NCBI GenBank assembly: GCA_013290125.1 | Contig: JABCYQ010000002.1 | Span: forward strand, 128,909-192,908 | Length of the DNA: 64,000 bases | Reading direction: 5' to 3' | Source of the DNA: Vulcanimicrobiota bacterium | GTDB lineage: Bacteria > Vulcanimicrobiota > Vulcanimicrobiia > Eremiobacterales > Eremiobacteraceae | Part shown: positions 27,054 through 35,781 of the stretch, one piece after another | How positions within the stretch are numbered: the stretch's first letter is position 1 | Layout: every line of letters begins with the position of its first letter | Notes under the pieces: generated by a model | Told to the model about the DNA's origin: nothing | What the model saw: only the letters and a program-made list of their open reading frames with translations | The model's database searches: none | Translations under genes and position numbers: made by a program

Positions 27054-27083
27054 TTGCTTCGCATCGGCGGAATAGGGTAGAAT
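27054..27083 (+). promoter_or_regulatory. putative ssrA promoter
   Basis: TTGCTT (27054-27059), an 18-nt spacer, then TAGAAT (27078-27083), ending 10 nt upstream of the tmRNA 5' end. Confidence 0.4.
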
Positions 27084-27093
27084 CATTCGGCGT

Positions 27094-27446
27094 GGGGGCG
27101 TCACGGTCTCGACGGGCTGTGCCCAGGCGAAGGAAGCAAGCGGAGTTCCGAGCCCTCCTTAAACGATCGGAAACCGTATAAACGCGAATAGCGAATACGC
27201 ACTAGCAGCCTAACTTAGGCTACTACGTCCGCGGGGCAACGGCGCCGGCACGGGCCCGCGGATGTCAAACAAGTCGGCTACCGTGCGCGGGGACCACGAC
27301 GCGTTCGGGAATCTAATCGGGGTTGGCGGCAGCGGTAAGCTCGCTCGGGAGCGTACGCAGTCGCGAGAATAAAACCCGAGATAAGCTTGTAGATGCCTTC
27401 GTGGGGGTCTTCTCGGACACCGGTTCAACTCCGGTCGCCTCCACCA
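27094..27446 (+). ncRNA. ssrA: transfer-messenger RNA (tmRNA, SsrA)
   Basis: 5' GGGGGCG pairs with 3' CGCCTCC-ACCA, including the G3:U70 Ala identity pair. T arm GGTTCAACTCC. Tag reading frame GCG AAT AGC GAA TAC GCA CTA GCA GCC TAA (27183-27213) encodes ANSEYALAA. Confidence 0.9.
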
Positions 27447-27457
27447 AGTCCAATTCG

Positions 27458-27480
27458 GGGATCGGCGCAACGCCGATCCC
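27458..27480. terminator. hairpin downstream of ssrA, between ssrA and the convergent sensor gene
   Basis: GGGATCGGCG-CAA-CGCCGATCCC is a perfect 10-bp stem. No clear T tract follows, so terminator function is inferred only from position. Confidence 0.45.
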
Positions 27481-27501
27481 AAATCGTTGGCCTCGGAATT
27501 C

Positions 27502-29295
27502 TCAGCTCGGCGATGATCGGAATCGCGCATCGATGCGGGTCATCACGTCTTGCATAGCATCGAGCGTCGTCTGGATCTTCGCGAGCGATGCGCCGACCGA
27601 GTGCGCTTCGCCATTAACGACAAGCGATTCCAACGCCGCCCCGACTCCCGACGCGAACTGCGACAACGTCTCGATCTCGTCCGCCGCATAGACCTCACCG
27701 CCGGCACGCTCGCCAAGGAGCAAAACGCCCAACAACCGGCCTCGGCCCAACATCGGAACGGCGAGCGCGCCGTCGAGCGACGACTGGGACCGATGCGGGT
27801 CCATCGGCTGGTGCCAAGTCTTGAGCGCCAAGATCGCACCGTCGTTCGGACCAACCGCAGCCGCACTGCCGTCGCCGTATGACCGCACCGGGCGAAAGGC
27901 TCCTGCGCAGTCAACGTAGAGCACGGCGCTTCGCGCGTCCGTATGCGCGCGGATGTCGGCGATCGCGCGGTCGAGCAACGCATCCGGGTCGGTGACAAAA
28001 GCCGCTTCCTTCGCGAAAGCGAGCAGGGCGCGCGCATCCTCGTGGCGTTTACGGAAGAGCGTGGCGTCGACGAACGCGTCGACGCGCCGATGTATGTAGC
28101 GCAAGGAGACGCCCAGAACGAGCGCCAGCGCCGCGTTTGCGACGATGCCGCCGGTATTGCCGATGCCCGCGAGCGCTGTGCCGAGCAGCCATTCCAATAA
28201 CGTGAACGCGGCGACGACGATAAGTGATACCGCCGCGACGACGACGGTTCGTCCGACGATGAACTCGAAGTCGAGGACGCGTCGCCGCAGCAATGCGTAC
28301 GTGATGGCGAGAGCTCCAATGACGAGGCAGAGATAACCGAGATTCCCGATCACTTGTTGCAACACCCAAGTATGCGCGAAGTTGACTCCGAGCCTTAGGA
28401 AAAGGATGCTGGCTACTTGAGCGATTGGGATCGGGAGCAGCAGCCATCCGGCTCTTGGCCGCTCCGTCGACGGCGTGGCCGCGACCGCCGTGCCCACCAC
28501 AAGCAGCATCGCGAGGTTGGCGATCGTTTGGATGATGGCAATCGAGTTGGGCCCGTAGATATAGGGGTCGACACGTAACGTGACCAGTGCATAAAAGAAC
28601 GCGAAGGTCCGTATGATCGCCAGACCGATGGCGCTATAGGCAAGTATCTCTATGCCCGTTCGCGCCCGGGTGCGAGCGCCGAATCGAGAGGAGAGTGCGA
28701 TCATCACTGCAAGCGCAGCCGGAACGCAGACCCCGCCCACGATCGATATCAGGAAGGTTGCGATCGAGTTCGGCACCGTGCCCACGACGGCAACGCTCAA
28801 AAGAAGCAGCATAACGGCAAGGAGGCGCGCGTCAACGGATTCGGCTCGGCGCAACGAGATGAGCAGTGCGCAGCCGATCAAGAGCAAACCGCCGATGAGC
28901 TGCAATAGCCCGCGAGTGGCCTTTAGGCCGGCATTGACCTGCCAGATCGGAGCCGGTGCTACGCTTAGGTCCACGGTGTTCGGCCCGCGGTGGACGATCA
29001 GCGGGGCCGGCTTGCCCGACATCGGTTGCGTGAAGAGATCGAGACGCGAATCGAGGCTTTGCTCGCGGAGATCCAGCGTATCGCCTCCGCGCACGCCGCC
29101 AAGCGCGGCTGCTCCGCCCGGTGCGGGCGGATCGAAGATGATTGTGTAGGGGCTGCCGTTCGTGTAAAAGTTGACGTCCCACCACCCAAACCATGGCGGT
29201 CCGCCGAGTCCGAACAGTGCGACGGTATTGACAACGAGGCGCGCGGCGCAGAGCGCGCACAATGCGACGAGAAGCCACTTCCAACGGGCGGCCAT
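27502..29295 (-). CDS. polytopic membrane sensor protein with C-terminal GAF-like domain (paralog 1)
   Basis: ATG at 29295 (MAARWKWLLVAL...). PDZ-like segment (GGVRGGDTLDL), multiple TM helices, juxtamembrane RRRVLDFEF...HRRVDAFVDATLFRKRH, and a GAF-like region (LAVPMLGRGRLLGVLLLGER). No recognisable output domain. Confidence 0.6.
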   Translation of the reverse strand: MAARWKWLLVALCALCAARLVVNTVALFGLGGPPWFGWWDVNFYTNGSPYTIIFDPPAPGGAAALGGVRGGDTLDLREQSLDSRLDLFTQPMSGKPAPLIVHRGPNTVDLSVAPAPIWQVNAGLKATRGLLQLIGGLLLIGCALLISLRRAESVDARLLAVMLLLLSVAVVGTVPNSIATFLISIVGGVCVPAALAVMIALSSRFGARTRARTGIEILAYSAIGLAIIRTFAFFYALVTLRVDPYIYGPNSIAIIQTIANLAMLLVVGTAVAATPSTERPRAGWLLLPIPIAQVASILFLRLGVNFAHTWVLQQVIGNLGYLCLVIGALAITYALLRRRVLDFEFIVGRTVVVAAVSLIVVAAFTLLEWLLGTALAGIGNTGGIVANAALALVLGVSLRYIHRRVDAFVDATLFRKRHEDARALLAFAKEAAFVTDPDALLDRAIADIRAHTDARSAVLYVDCAGAFRPVRSYGDGSAAAVGPNDGAILALKTWHQPMDPHRSQSSLDGALAVPMLGRGRLLGVLLLGERAGGEVYAADEIETLSQFASGVGAALESLVVNGEAHSVGASLAKIQTTLDAMQDVMTRIDARFRSSPS

Positions 29296-29371
29296 GCGGA
29301 ATGCTACGGCGTGAATGCGAGTTGCGCCTGTACAATCGGGGATTAGATCGAGGGGCGTTGAAGCAGTCAAA

Positions 29372-29758
29372 ATGAAGCGAGTAACTGGGATTGGCGGCAT
29401 CTTCTTCAAAGCCAAAGATGCTTCGGCGCTCCAAGCTTGGTACAAACAACATCTTGGAATCGATGTCCAAGAATGGGGTGGCACAGCTTTTGCCTGGGCA
29501 GACGACGAAGGTAAGCTGATCGCCGGAACAACGATCTGGTCCGTCGGCTCGGCACAAGATGATCACTTCGCGCCTAGCACCGCTGCCTTCATGATCAATT
29601 ATCGGGTTGAAGATCTCCATGCGCTGGTCAAAGTCTTGCGCGATGAAGGCTGCAACGTGCTCGACAAGATCGACGAATCAGAATTTGGGAAGTTCGCCTG
29701 GGTCATCGATCCGGAAGGTAACAAGGTAGAACTATGGCAGCCGCCTGCCGGCCAATGA
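29372..29758 (+). CDS. VOC (glyoxalase/bleomycin resistance/dioxygenase) family protein
   Basis: 128 aa. GIGGIFFKAKDASALQAWYKQHLGI ... FAWVIDPEGNKVELWQP is a typical VOC beta-alpha-beta-beta-beta module. Confidence 0.8.
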   Translation: MKRVTGIGGIFFKAKDASALQAWYKQHLGIDVQEWGGTAFAWADDEGKLIAGTTIWSVGSAQDDHFAPSTAAFMINYRVEDLHALVKVLRDEGCNVLDKIDESEFGKFAWVIDPEGNKVELWQPPAGQ

Positions 29759-29792
29759 CAACGCCGGTCAGGCGCATCACTCGCTGGACGCT

Positions 29793-30560
29793 CTATCCAT
29801 CTAGTTTGAACACGTAAATAACGTAATAGACACTTGTGATCGCTGCGCCGCCGAGCGCTGCGGACAAGTGAGCGGGCGCGAACGTCGAATCCCTCGCCGC
29901 GGTCAGCGCGGCCTGATCCAACTGTTCGTTGCCGGATGTGCGTTCGATGGTCGCGCTGCCGAGCGACCCGTCCGGCTGGATGACGATAAGCACTCTCGCC
30001 TCGCCCTGGATCCCTTGGTCCTGCAAAATCGCCGGATAGTTCTGCGTAACGCGCGAGATAAAACGCGCGTTGTCGATTTCGATTGCGCCTGGCGATTTAA
30101 CGGGCCATCGCGACGTCGCGCCGTCGTCGAACCGTACGGCTTGTGACGCGGATCCACCGTCGACGGAGTACGTCGAGTCCTCTGAGCAAGTCGATAGACC
30201 CCGCCAGTCTCGCGCGCTGTCGATCCGAAATGAGCTGACCTCGGTTGCGAACGGGAACAGCGTTATTTCGCCCGTTCGGCCAGCCAATTGATAGGAAATG
30301 TGCGTCGAAACGCCGCCGTCTTCGAAGTGCACCTGCGTGCCGTCGCTCATTTCTGCCGTCACGCTGATGTCGAAGGGGCCGTTGTCATCGCCCGCGCCTG
30401 GTCCGAACAGCAGCTCGTAGTCCGCCGTTCCGTGCTGCGCACCCAGACCGACCAGACCCGCGTGTTCAAGACGGACAGGACACGTGTCGGCGTTCGCGGA
30501 GAACACAGAGCCCCCGGTCAACGCGCTGATAACGACTACGACAAAGAAGACGTGCTTCAA
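29793..30560 (-). CDS. secreted protein with TonB C-terminal domain
   Basis: TTG at 30560 preceded by GGGGAG gives signal peptide MKHVFFVVVVISALTGGSVFSANA. The C-terminal YPAILQDQGIQGEARVLIVIQPDGSLGSATIERTSGNEQLDQAALTAARDSTF matches TonB_C. Confidence 0.6.
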   Translation of the reverse strand: MKHVFFVVVVISALTGGSVFSANADTCPVRLEHAGLVGLGAQHGTADYELLFGPGAGDDNGPFDISVTAEMSDGTQVHFEDGGVSTHISYQLAGRTGEITLFPFATEVSSFRIDSARDWRGLSTCSEDSTYSVDGGSASQAVRFDDGATSRWPVKSPGAIEIDNARFISRVTQNYPAILQDQGIQGEARVLIVIQPDGSLGSATIERTSGNEQLDQAALTAARDSTFAPAHLSAALGGAAITSVYYVIYVFKLDG

Positions 30561-30655
30561 AACTGCACTCCCCTGCAAAATCCTAAACGCATGCGATTGT
30601 CGTTACCCTATAGGGCTCCTAACTCATCTACGGAGCACCCATAGCGAACGAGGCG

Positions 30656-32539
30656 TTGACCGCCGCCGCCGTGAAATCACATGCCGTGCAAGCGGAATCA
30701 ACCGCGCCGGCGACACCGACCTTGATCACGGTGTCGATTCTCGTGCTGTGCGTCGCCATTGTCATGCTCAGCTTCGTCGTGCTGGTCATCAGCACGCAGC
30801 GTGAATTCGGCGTCTTCGGTTGGAACGTCGGCGCCGATGGCACGACGATCATCTCGGTCTCGCCGGGCCTGCCTGCGGCAAATGCCGGAATCAGGCCGGG
30901 CGACGTTATCGAATTTGCGACTCTCCCGCTGACGGGTCGCGTCAATCTCGAGGTGCCGGAAGCCGTCGCTGTCGGTGATGAGCTCTCCGTAAACGTGCTC
31001 CGAGACGGCCACCGGAGGTCGGTAACTCTTCGCGCTGCGCCGCAGGTCGGCTCCCAATATGCGACTGTTGCTGCGTTTGTCTCCGGCGTGCTCGTCAGCG
31101 CGCTGGGCATTTGGCTCGTGCTCTTGCGACCGAGCAGGATGACCTGGGGCTTTTTAGCCATCGGTGTCGCGGTGTCCGCATCTTCGTTGGCCTATCCATG
31201 GTCGACACCGCAGATCTTTTTCATCACGTCGGTCAGCCTTCTCGTGGACAATGCTCTTTTGTTCGCCGGCCTCTTGATCTTCGTCAGCCGATTCCCGGGC
31301 GACAATCCGAGCGGCTGGCATCGGACGCTCGACCAAGCTGCGATTCCGATCGGCCTAGCGTACCTCGCGCTGGCGGTCTATTACGGTGCAGACATCCTCG
31401 TCGGCTCGGCGCCGCCTCCGTATGCTGTCGGTCTCATCGCAGATTACATCTTCCCGGCGTTTGTCGGTATCGTCGCACTCGTCGCGCTCGCGTTATCGTT
31501 GCTGGAGGCACGCGGCAGCGCCCGCCAGCGGCTTCTGCCTGTTATGTCGACGTTCGCGCTCTACGTCGCGCTCAACGCAGGGAGCATCGTGGCCAACTCG
31601 CTCTATACTAACCCAATCGCTAACGCCGTCATCCCAATCTTGGCAGCGCTCTCGCTCGTGCTTTTCGCGATTGCGGTCACATACGGCACGATCCGTCATC
31701 GCGTCATCGACGTGGGTTTCGTCGCCAGCCGAACGCTTGTCTATACGATTCTCACGGCGATGCTCGTCGGGGTCTTTGCGCTCATCGATTTCTTCATAGG
31801 GACGTGGCTGGCGCGCTCGCAACTTGCCTTCATCGTCGAGATCGTCGCCGCCGTTTCAATCGGCTTCTCGCTTAACACGATGCACGGTCGCGTCGATCTC
31901 TTCGTCGACAGCGTTCTCTTCCGGCGCCGTCATCTCGCCGAAAAGCGGTTGGCCCGCGTCGCTCGTATGCTGCCGCACGCGCCGTCCATCGATTTCGTCG
32001 ACGAAACGCTCTCCGTCGACCCGGAGAGCGCGCTCGAGCTTTCGTCGAGCGCGGTTTTCAGGCGGCAGAGCGACGGGACTTTTCGGCGGCGCTTCGCTGT
32101 GGGCTGGGACGGCTCAACGGATTCGATCGAACCGTCCGATCATCTCGTCGTGCTTCTGCAAGCCGAACTGGAGCCGCTGCGATTGTCCGACGTCCGTTGG
32201 CCGCGGGCGGACATCCCGACCGGGCTGCACCAACCGCTTCTCGCGGTGCCGATCGTCATTCGACACGAACTCGCTGCGATCGCTCTGTACGGCGGCCACG
32301 TCGGAGGCGAGGCGCTCGATCCGGACGAGATCCGCAGCCTTCGCGAACTCGCGGTGCCCGCCGGCGCCGCGTACGACCACCTCGAGGCCGAAACGTTGCG
32401 TCAGCAACTCGAAGAACTGCGCGAGAGCAATGCCGAACTGCGGCGCGATCGTGACGCGCAAATCGGAGCGCTCGACATCGTGCGCCAGCAGATGACGGCG
32501 ATCGACGCGCTGGTCCGGCAACGCGCGGACGCTGGCTAA
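30656..32539 (+). CDS. polytopic membrane sensor protein with C-terminal GAF-like domain and coiled coil (paralog 2)
   Basis: Same architecture as 27502-29295: PDZ-like GIRPGDVIEF, TM bundle, IRHRVIDVGF...HGRVDLFVDSVLFRRRH, GAF-like LLAVPIVIRHELAAIALYGGH, then ETLRQQLEELRESNAELRR. The start codon is uncertain (TTG 30656). Confidence 0.6.
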   Translation: MTAAAVKSHAVQAESTAPATPTLITVSILVLCVAIVMLSFVVLVISTQREFGVFGWNVGADGTTIISVSPGLPAANAGIRPGDVIEFATLPLTGRVNLEVPEAVAVGDELSVNVLRDGHRRSVTLRAAPQVGSQYATVAAFVSGVLVSALGIWLVLLRPSRMTWGFLAIGVAVSASSLAYPWSTPQIFFITSVSLLVDNALLFAGLLIFVSRFPGDNPSGWHRTLDQAAIPIGLAYLALAVYYGADILVGSAPPPYAVGLIADYIFPAFVGIVALVALALSLLEARGSARQRLLPVMSTFALYVALNAGSIVANSLYTNPIANAVIPILAALSLVLFAIAVTYGTIRHRVIDVGFVASRTLVYTILTAMLVGVFALIDFFIGTWLARSQLAFIVEIVAAVSIGFSLNTMHGRVDLFVDSVLFRRRHLAEKRLARVARMLPHAPSIDFVDETLSVDPESALELSSSAVFRRQSDGTFRRRFAVGWDGSTDSIEPSDHLVVLLQAELEPLRLSDVRWPRADIPTGLHQPLLAVPIVIRHELAAIALYGGHVGGEALDPDEIRSLRELAVPAGAAYDHLEAETLRQQLEELRESNAELRRDRDAQIGALDIVRQQMTAIDALVRQRADAG

Positions 32540-32558
32540 CTTCGAATATGGAGCAGTT

Positions 32559-33176
32559 GTGTTCCTAGCGATCGCGTTCTTGTCTCTCGCGAACTTTGCT
32601 TCCACGCCGCAGCAGGCGGCGCTGAACGCGCTTTATCAACCGAAGGGTCACGCAGCCGTCGTCGAGCGCATAAATATTGTCGGACGCTTCGCGGCTGTCT
32701 TGCCGCACGGCGGGCTGATGGAAGGGTCCGCGGTGACAGATGCGATACTCGTCGAGCGTTTTTCGTTCGGATGGCAGGCACTAGACGTTCTTTACTTTTG
32801 GTATCGTTTGGACTCCCATGGAATCTCTAGCCGCGACAAAGCGAAACTGCTGTTAGGTATGCCGAAACCTGAAAACTCTCTGCCACCTCGGGGAGTGTGG
32901 AGCGATAGCGGCCCGACTCCGGACGTTGAGGCGATACGGCGGAAGATGCGCGGTCCACTTGTGCCGTACGTCGTCGTTTCCGGCGCGTATGCGCTGGGCG
33001 AGTGGTATGGTGGCGGCGGCGGACAAACGCTCTTCAAAAAAGGTAACGGTGACTGGCGGAGGGTCGCTGGGGGCGGCGGCGCGATGGGAACCTCCGAGAT
33101 GCGGGAGCACGGAGTTCCGCAGTCTGCCTGGTGCGCATTCGGGATTTACGACGCACCTTGCCCGCACAAGAACTGA
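32559..33176 (+). CDS. hypothetical secreted protein
   Basis: GTG at 32559 is preceded by GGAG plus 5 nt, and lies 20 nt after sensor paralog 2. Hydrophobic N-terminus. No family recognised. Confidence 0.4.
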   Translation: MFLAIAFLSLANFASTPQQAALNALYQPKGHAAVVERINIVGRFAAVLPHGGLMEGSAVTDAILVERFSFGWQALDVLYFWYRLDSHGISSRDKAKLLLGMPKPENSLPPRGVWSDSGPTPDVEAIRRKMRGPLVPYVVVSGAYALGEWYGGGGGQTLFKKGNGDWRRVAGGGGAMGTSEMREHGVPQSAWCAFGIYDAPCPHKN

Positions 33177-33227
33177 CCTCGCGTTCACTAGTCGCACGAA
33201 CCCAAATATCGCTCGCCCCCGTTCTTC

Positions 33228-33659
33228 TTACCGCCAGCGATCGCCGCGCGCCAGCACGTAGTGTGCGAATACATACCGCCAAGGTATGGCGATGTAGACG
33301 AGCACGACGAACGAGCAGGCGAAGATGTTGGGCACGATAGACGGGTCGATATGCCCCGCCAACCATTGCGGCAGAGCCACGATGCCGAGCCACAACGTCT
33401 TCCAGATCAGTTCCCAAAAAAGAACGGGCAGCATCGACAGCGGATAGCGCACTCCGAGCAGACAGAGCAGTGAAAATGTGGCGAGCATACAGGCGACCAC
33501 GCCCTCCAAGAACGTCTAATGCCTTGCCGGATTGAGAACGTCGGGCCAGACTTGCGTGGCGAGCCCGATAACGATGAACAAGTACAAAGCGCGCAAGAGA
33601 TACAAGCGAAACAGTGAAACCTCGTTCGATTGCGGGATGAGCGGTGCGGTGGCGGACAA
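33228..33659 (-). pseudogene. small polytopic membrane protein gene interrupted by one in-frame TAG (pseudogene or readthrough candidate)
   Basis: Track ORFs 33516-33761 and 33228-33509 are in the same frame: ...VLNPARH-TAG(33518-33516)-TFLEGVVACML.... The likely start is TTG 33659, preceded by AAGGAG plus 6 nt. Confidence 0.45.
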
Positions 33660-33805
33660 ATTCGGCTCCTTTGAGGCACTCGGGAAAGCCTCTGCTTGTC
33701 CTAGTTCTTCACACGCTCCGCAACTGCCGCTCCCCAGCCCAGGAATTCGAATAAGAACCAAGCGAACGGTTGTTCAGGCACACGCTCGTCGAAAGAGGTA
33801 ATGTA

Positions 33806-34102
33806 ATGATCTCTCAGTTTCTTTTTGTTTCTCTGCTCGCAGACGCCAATAGCGATGCCGCGACCAATGCGATGACGGGCTGGTTCGCCGCCATGGGCGC
33901 CGTCTGGCTGCTCGTCTGCATCGGACTGCTCATACTGAGCTTGGTGATCAACTGGACCATCGCCGCAAAGGCCGGCTATTCGGGCGCGCTCAGCCTGCTG
34001 ATGCTGATCCCGGTCGTCAATCTCATCATCGTATTGATGTTCGCGTTCTCCGAATGGCCGATCCAGAAAGAACTGCGCGAAGCCAAAACTCGCGGAGCAT
34101 AG
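33806..34102 (+). CDS. small hypothetical membrane protein
   Basis: ATG at 33806 is preceded by AGAGG plus 7 nt. 98 aa with two or three hydrophobic helices. Confidence 0.45.
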   Translation: MISQFLFVSLLADANSDAATNAMTGWFAAMGAVWLLVCIGLLILSLVINWTIAAKAGYSGALSLLMLIPVVNLIIVLMFAFSEWPIQKELREAKTRGA

Positions 34103-34145
34103 CCGCGATCGCCCGTCGCGTCATCTAGCGACGACTGCGCCTACG

Positions 34146-34526
34146 TCACATCGCCTTGCGCTTGTGCAAGGTGATCATATTGCCTTCGGTGTCGCTGATC
34201 ATCGCCATGGAGCAGACCGGCGTATCGTGCTGCATGAGGACCGGGATGTTCTTGGCCTTAAGCGCGGTCACCGCCGCATCGAGATCGTCGACGGCGAACA
34301 GTATCCCGTTGCTCGGCTGAAACGGCATGACGACTCCGCCGCCGCCCCACAATCCGAAGGTCGTGCCGTCGGCAAGTTCGTACTCAGCTCCGCGGTTCTC
34401 CGGATACACGAGTACCGGCTCGAGTCCGAGGACGTCGCGGTAAAAGGCGATTGCTCGCGCAGCGTCTTTGACCATGTAGCCGCTCAGGTCCAATCCGGTG
34501 ACTTTGTAAGAAAGTTGGCTGGCCAT
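34146..34526 (-). CDS. VOC (glyoxalase) family protein
   Basis: ATG at 34526 (MASQLSYKVTGLDLSGYMVKDAARAIAFYRDVLGLEP...) and ISDTEGNMITLH at the C-terminus. Confidence 0.75.
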   Translation of the reverse strand: MASQLSYKVTGLDLSGYMVKDAARAIAFYRDVLGLEPVLVYPENRGAEYELADGTTFGLWGGGGVVMPFQPSNGILFAVDDLDAAVTALKAKNIPVLMQHDTPVCSMAMISDTEGNMITLHKRKAM

Positions 34527-34631
34527 CGCACCCCTCGTTTCGAACTGCGTGCGCAACACAGCCGCACCGTTTGCCCCGGGCCGGCACCTTCCTGCGACAT
34601 GCCGATGGCGTAAACGCGTGCGATCAGCGCT

Positions 34632-35759
34632 ATGATCGTCGTCCACTTCATCGGCCAATGGCTGTATGCGTCGTTCGCGATGTTCTGGGCCGTGCTCTGG
34701 TCGCTGTTGCTCGGCTTCATCCTATCTGCTATGGTGCAGGCGTACGTGCCCAAGGGCGGGATGGCTGCGCTGTTCGGTCGTGCCGGCGTCCGCGAACTCG
34801 GGCTCGCGACGTTGCTGGGCGCGGCGAGCTCGTCGTGCAGCTATGCGGCCGCGGCGACCGCGAAATCGATATTTAAACGCGGTGCGAACTTCACGACTTC
34901 GATGGCCTTTATGTTCGCCTCGACCAATCTCGTGATCGAGCTCGGCTTTATCCTGTGGCGCCTGATGGGCTGGCCGTTTGTGATCGCAGAGTGGGTCGGC
35001 GGCATCGTCTTGATCGCGATTTTCGCGATATTCTCGAAGATCTTCATCTCGCCGGCTCTAGCGGAACAAGGCCGCGCGCATGAAGAAACCGGATCGACCC
35101 AAAAGCACGACCACGGCGAGATGCTTGCGCCTGGCACCACGTTCGTAGAGAAACTGCGGTCCGGCGAGGGCTGGCGCTATATCGCGCACTATTTCGAGAT
35201 GGATTGGTCCATGCTGCAGACCGATCTGATCTTAGGCTTCTTGATTGCAGGTTTTCTTGCGGTCGGCGTGCCCGCGACGTGGTGGCAGCACTTGTTCGTC
35301 ACCTCCGGACCGGCGGCGTTTCGGATCATCGAGAATGCGATGATCGGACCGGTCATCGCATTTCTCAGCTTCGTCTGCTCGATCGGCAACGTGCCGCTCG
35401 CGGCTGTGCTGTGGAACGGCGGGAGCACGTTCGGCGGCGTCATCGCGTTTCTGTACGCCGATCTGATCGTGCTGCCGCTTGTCGACATCTATAGGAAATA
35501 CTACGGCTGGGCGCTCGCGCTGCGCATGGTCGCGGTGTTCTACTTGTCGATGGTCGTCGCGGGCCTCGTGGTGGACGGCGTGTTCGGCGCCTTGCACTTG
35601 ACACCGCATCCCACCGGCAACTTCTTGATGGCTGTCGAGCAGATCGGTTTCGACTACACGACGATCTTGAACGTGTTCTTTCTCGCGGTGGTCGGAGTTT
35701 TAGTCTGGTGGGGCAACCGAGGCTCAGACATGCACGCCGGGCATAACCATCACGGTTGA
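34632..35759 (+). CDS. permease, UPF0718/ArsP-like family
   Basis: 375-aa polytopic protein. LGAASSSCSYAAAATAKSIFKRGA and SFVCSIGNVPLAAVLW resemble the duplicated Cys-containing motifs of PF03773 permeases. Confidence 0.7.
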   Translation: MIVVHFIGQWLYASFAMFWAVLWSLLLGFILSAMVQAYVPKGGMAALFGRAGVRELGLATLLGAASSSCSYAAAATAKSIFKRGANFTTSMAFMFASTNLVIELGFILWRLMGWPFVIAEWVGGIVLIAIFAIFSKIFISPALAEQGRAHEETGSTQKHDHGEMLAPGTTFVEKLRSGEGWRYIAHYFEMDWSMLQTDLILGFLIAGFLAVGVPATWWQHLFVTSGPAAFRIIENAMIGPVIAFLSFVCSIGNVPLAAVLWNGGSTFGGVIAFLYADLIVLPLVDIYRKYYGWALALRMVAVFYLSMVVAGLVVDGVFGALHLTPHPTGNFLMAVEQIGFDYTTILNVFFLAVVGVLVWWGNRGSDMHAGHNHHG

Positions 35760-35781
35760 CGTTCTTGTCACGGGATGTCAG

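Noticed and set aside
33516-33518. TAG reassignment (alternative genetic code) to explain the in-frame stop
   Set aside because: TAG terminates several well-supported genes in this window: uvrC at 26634-26636, the metalloprotease at 21876-21878, and the permease at 51293-51295. A global recoding is therefore unlikely.
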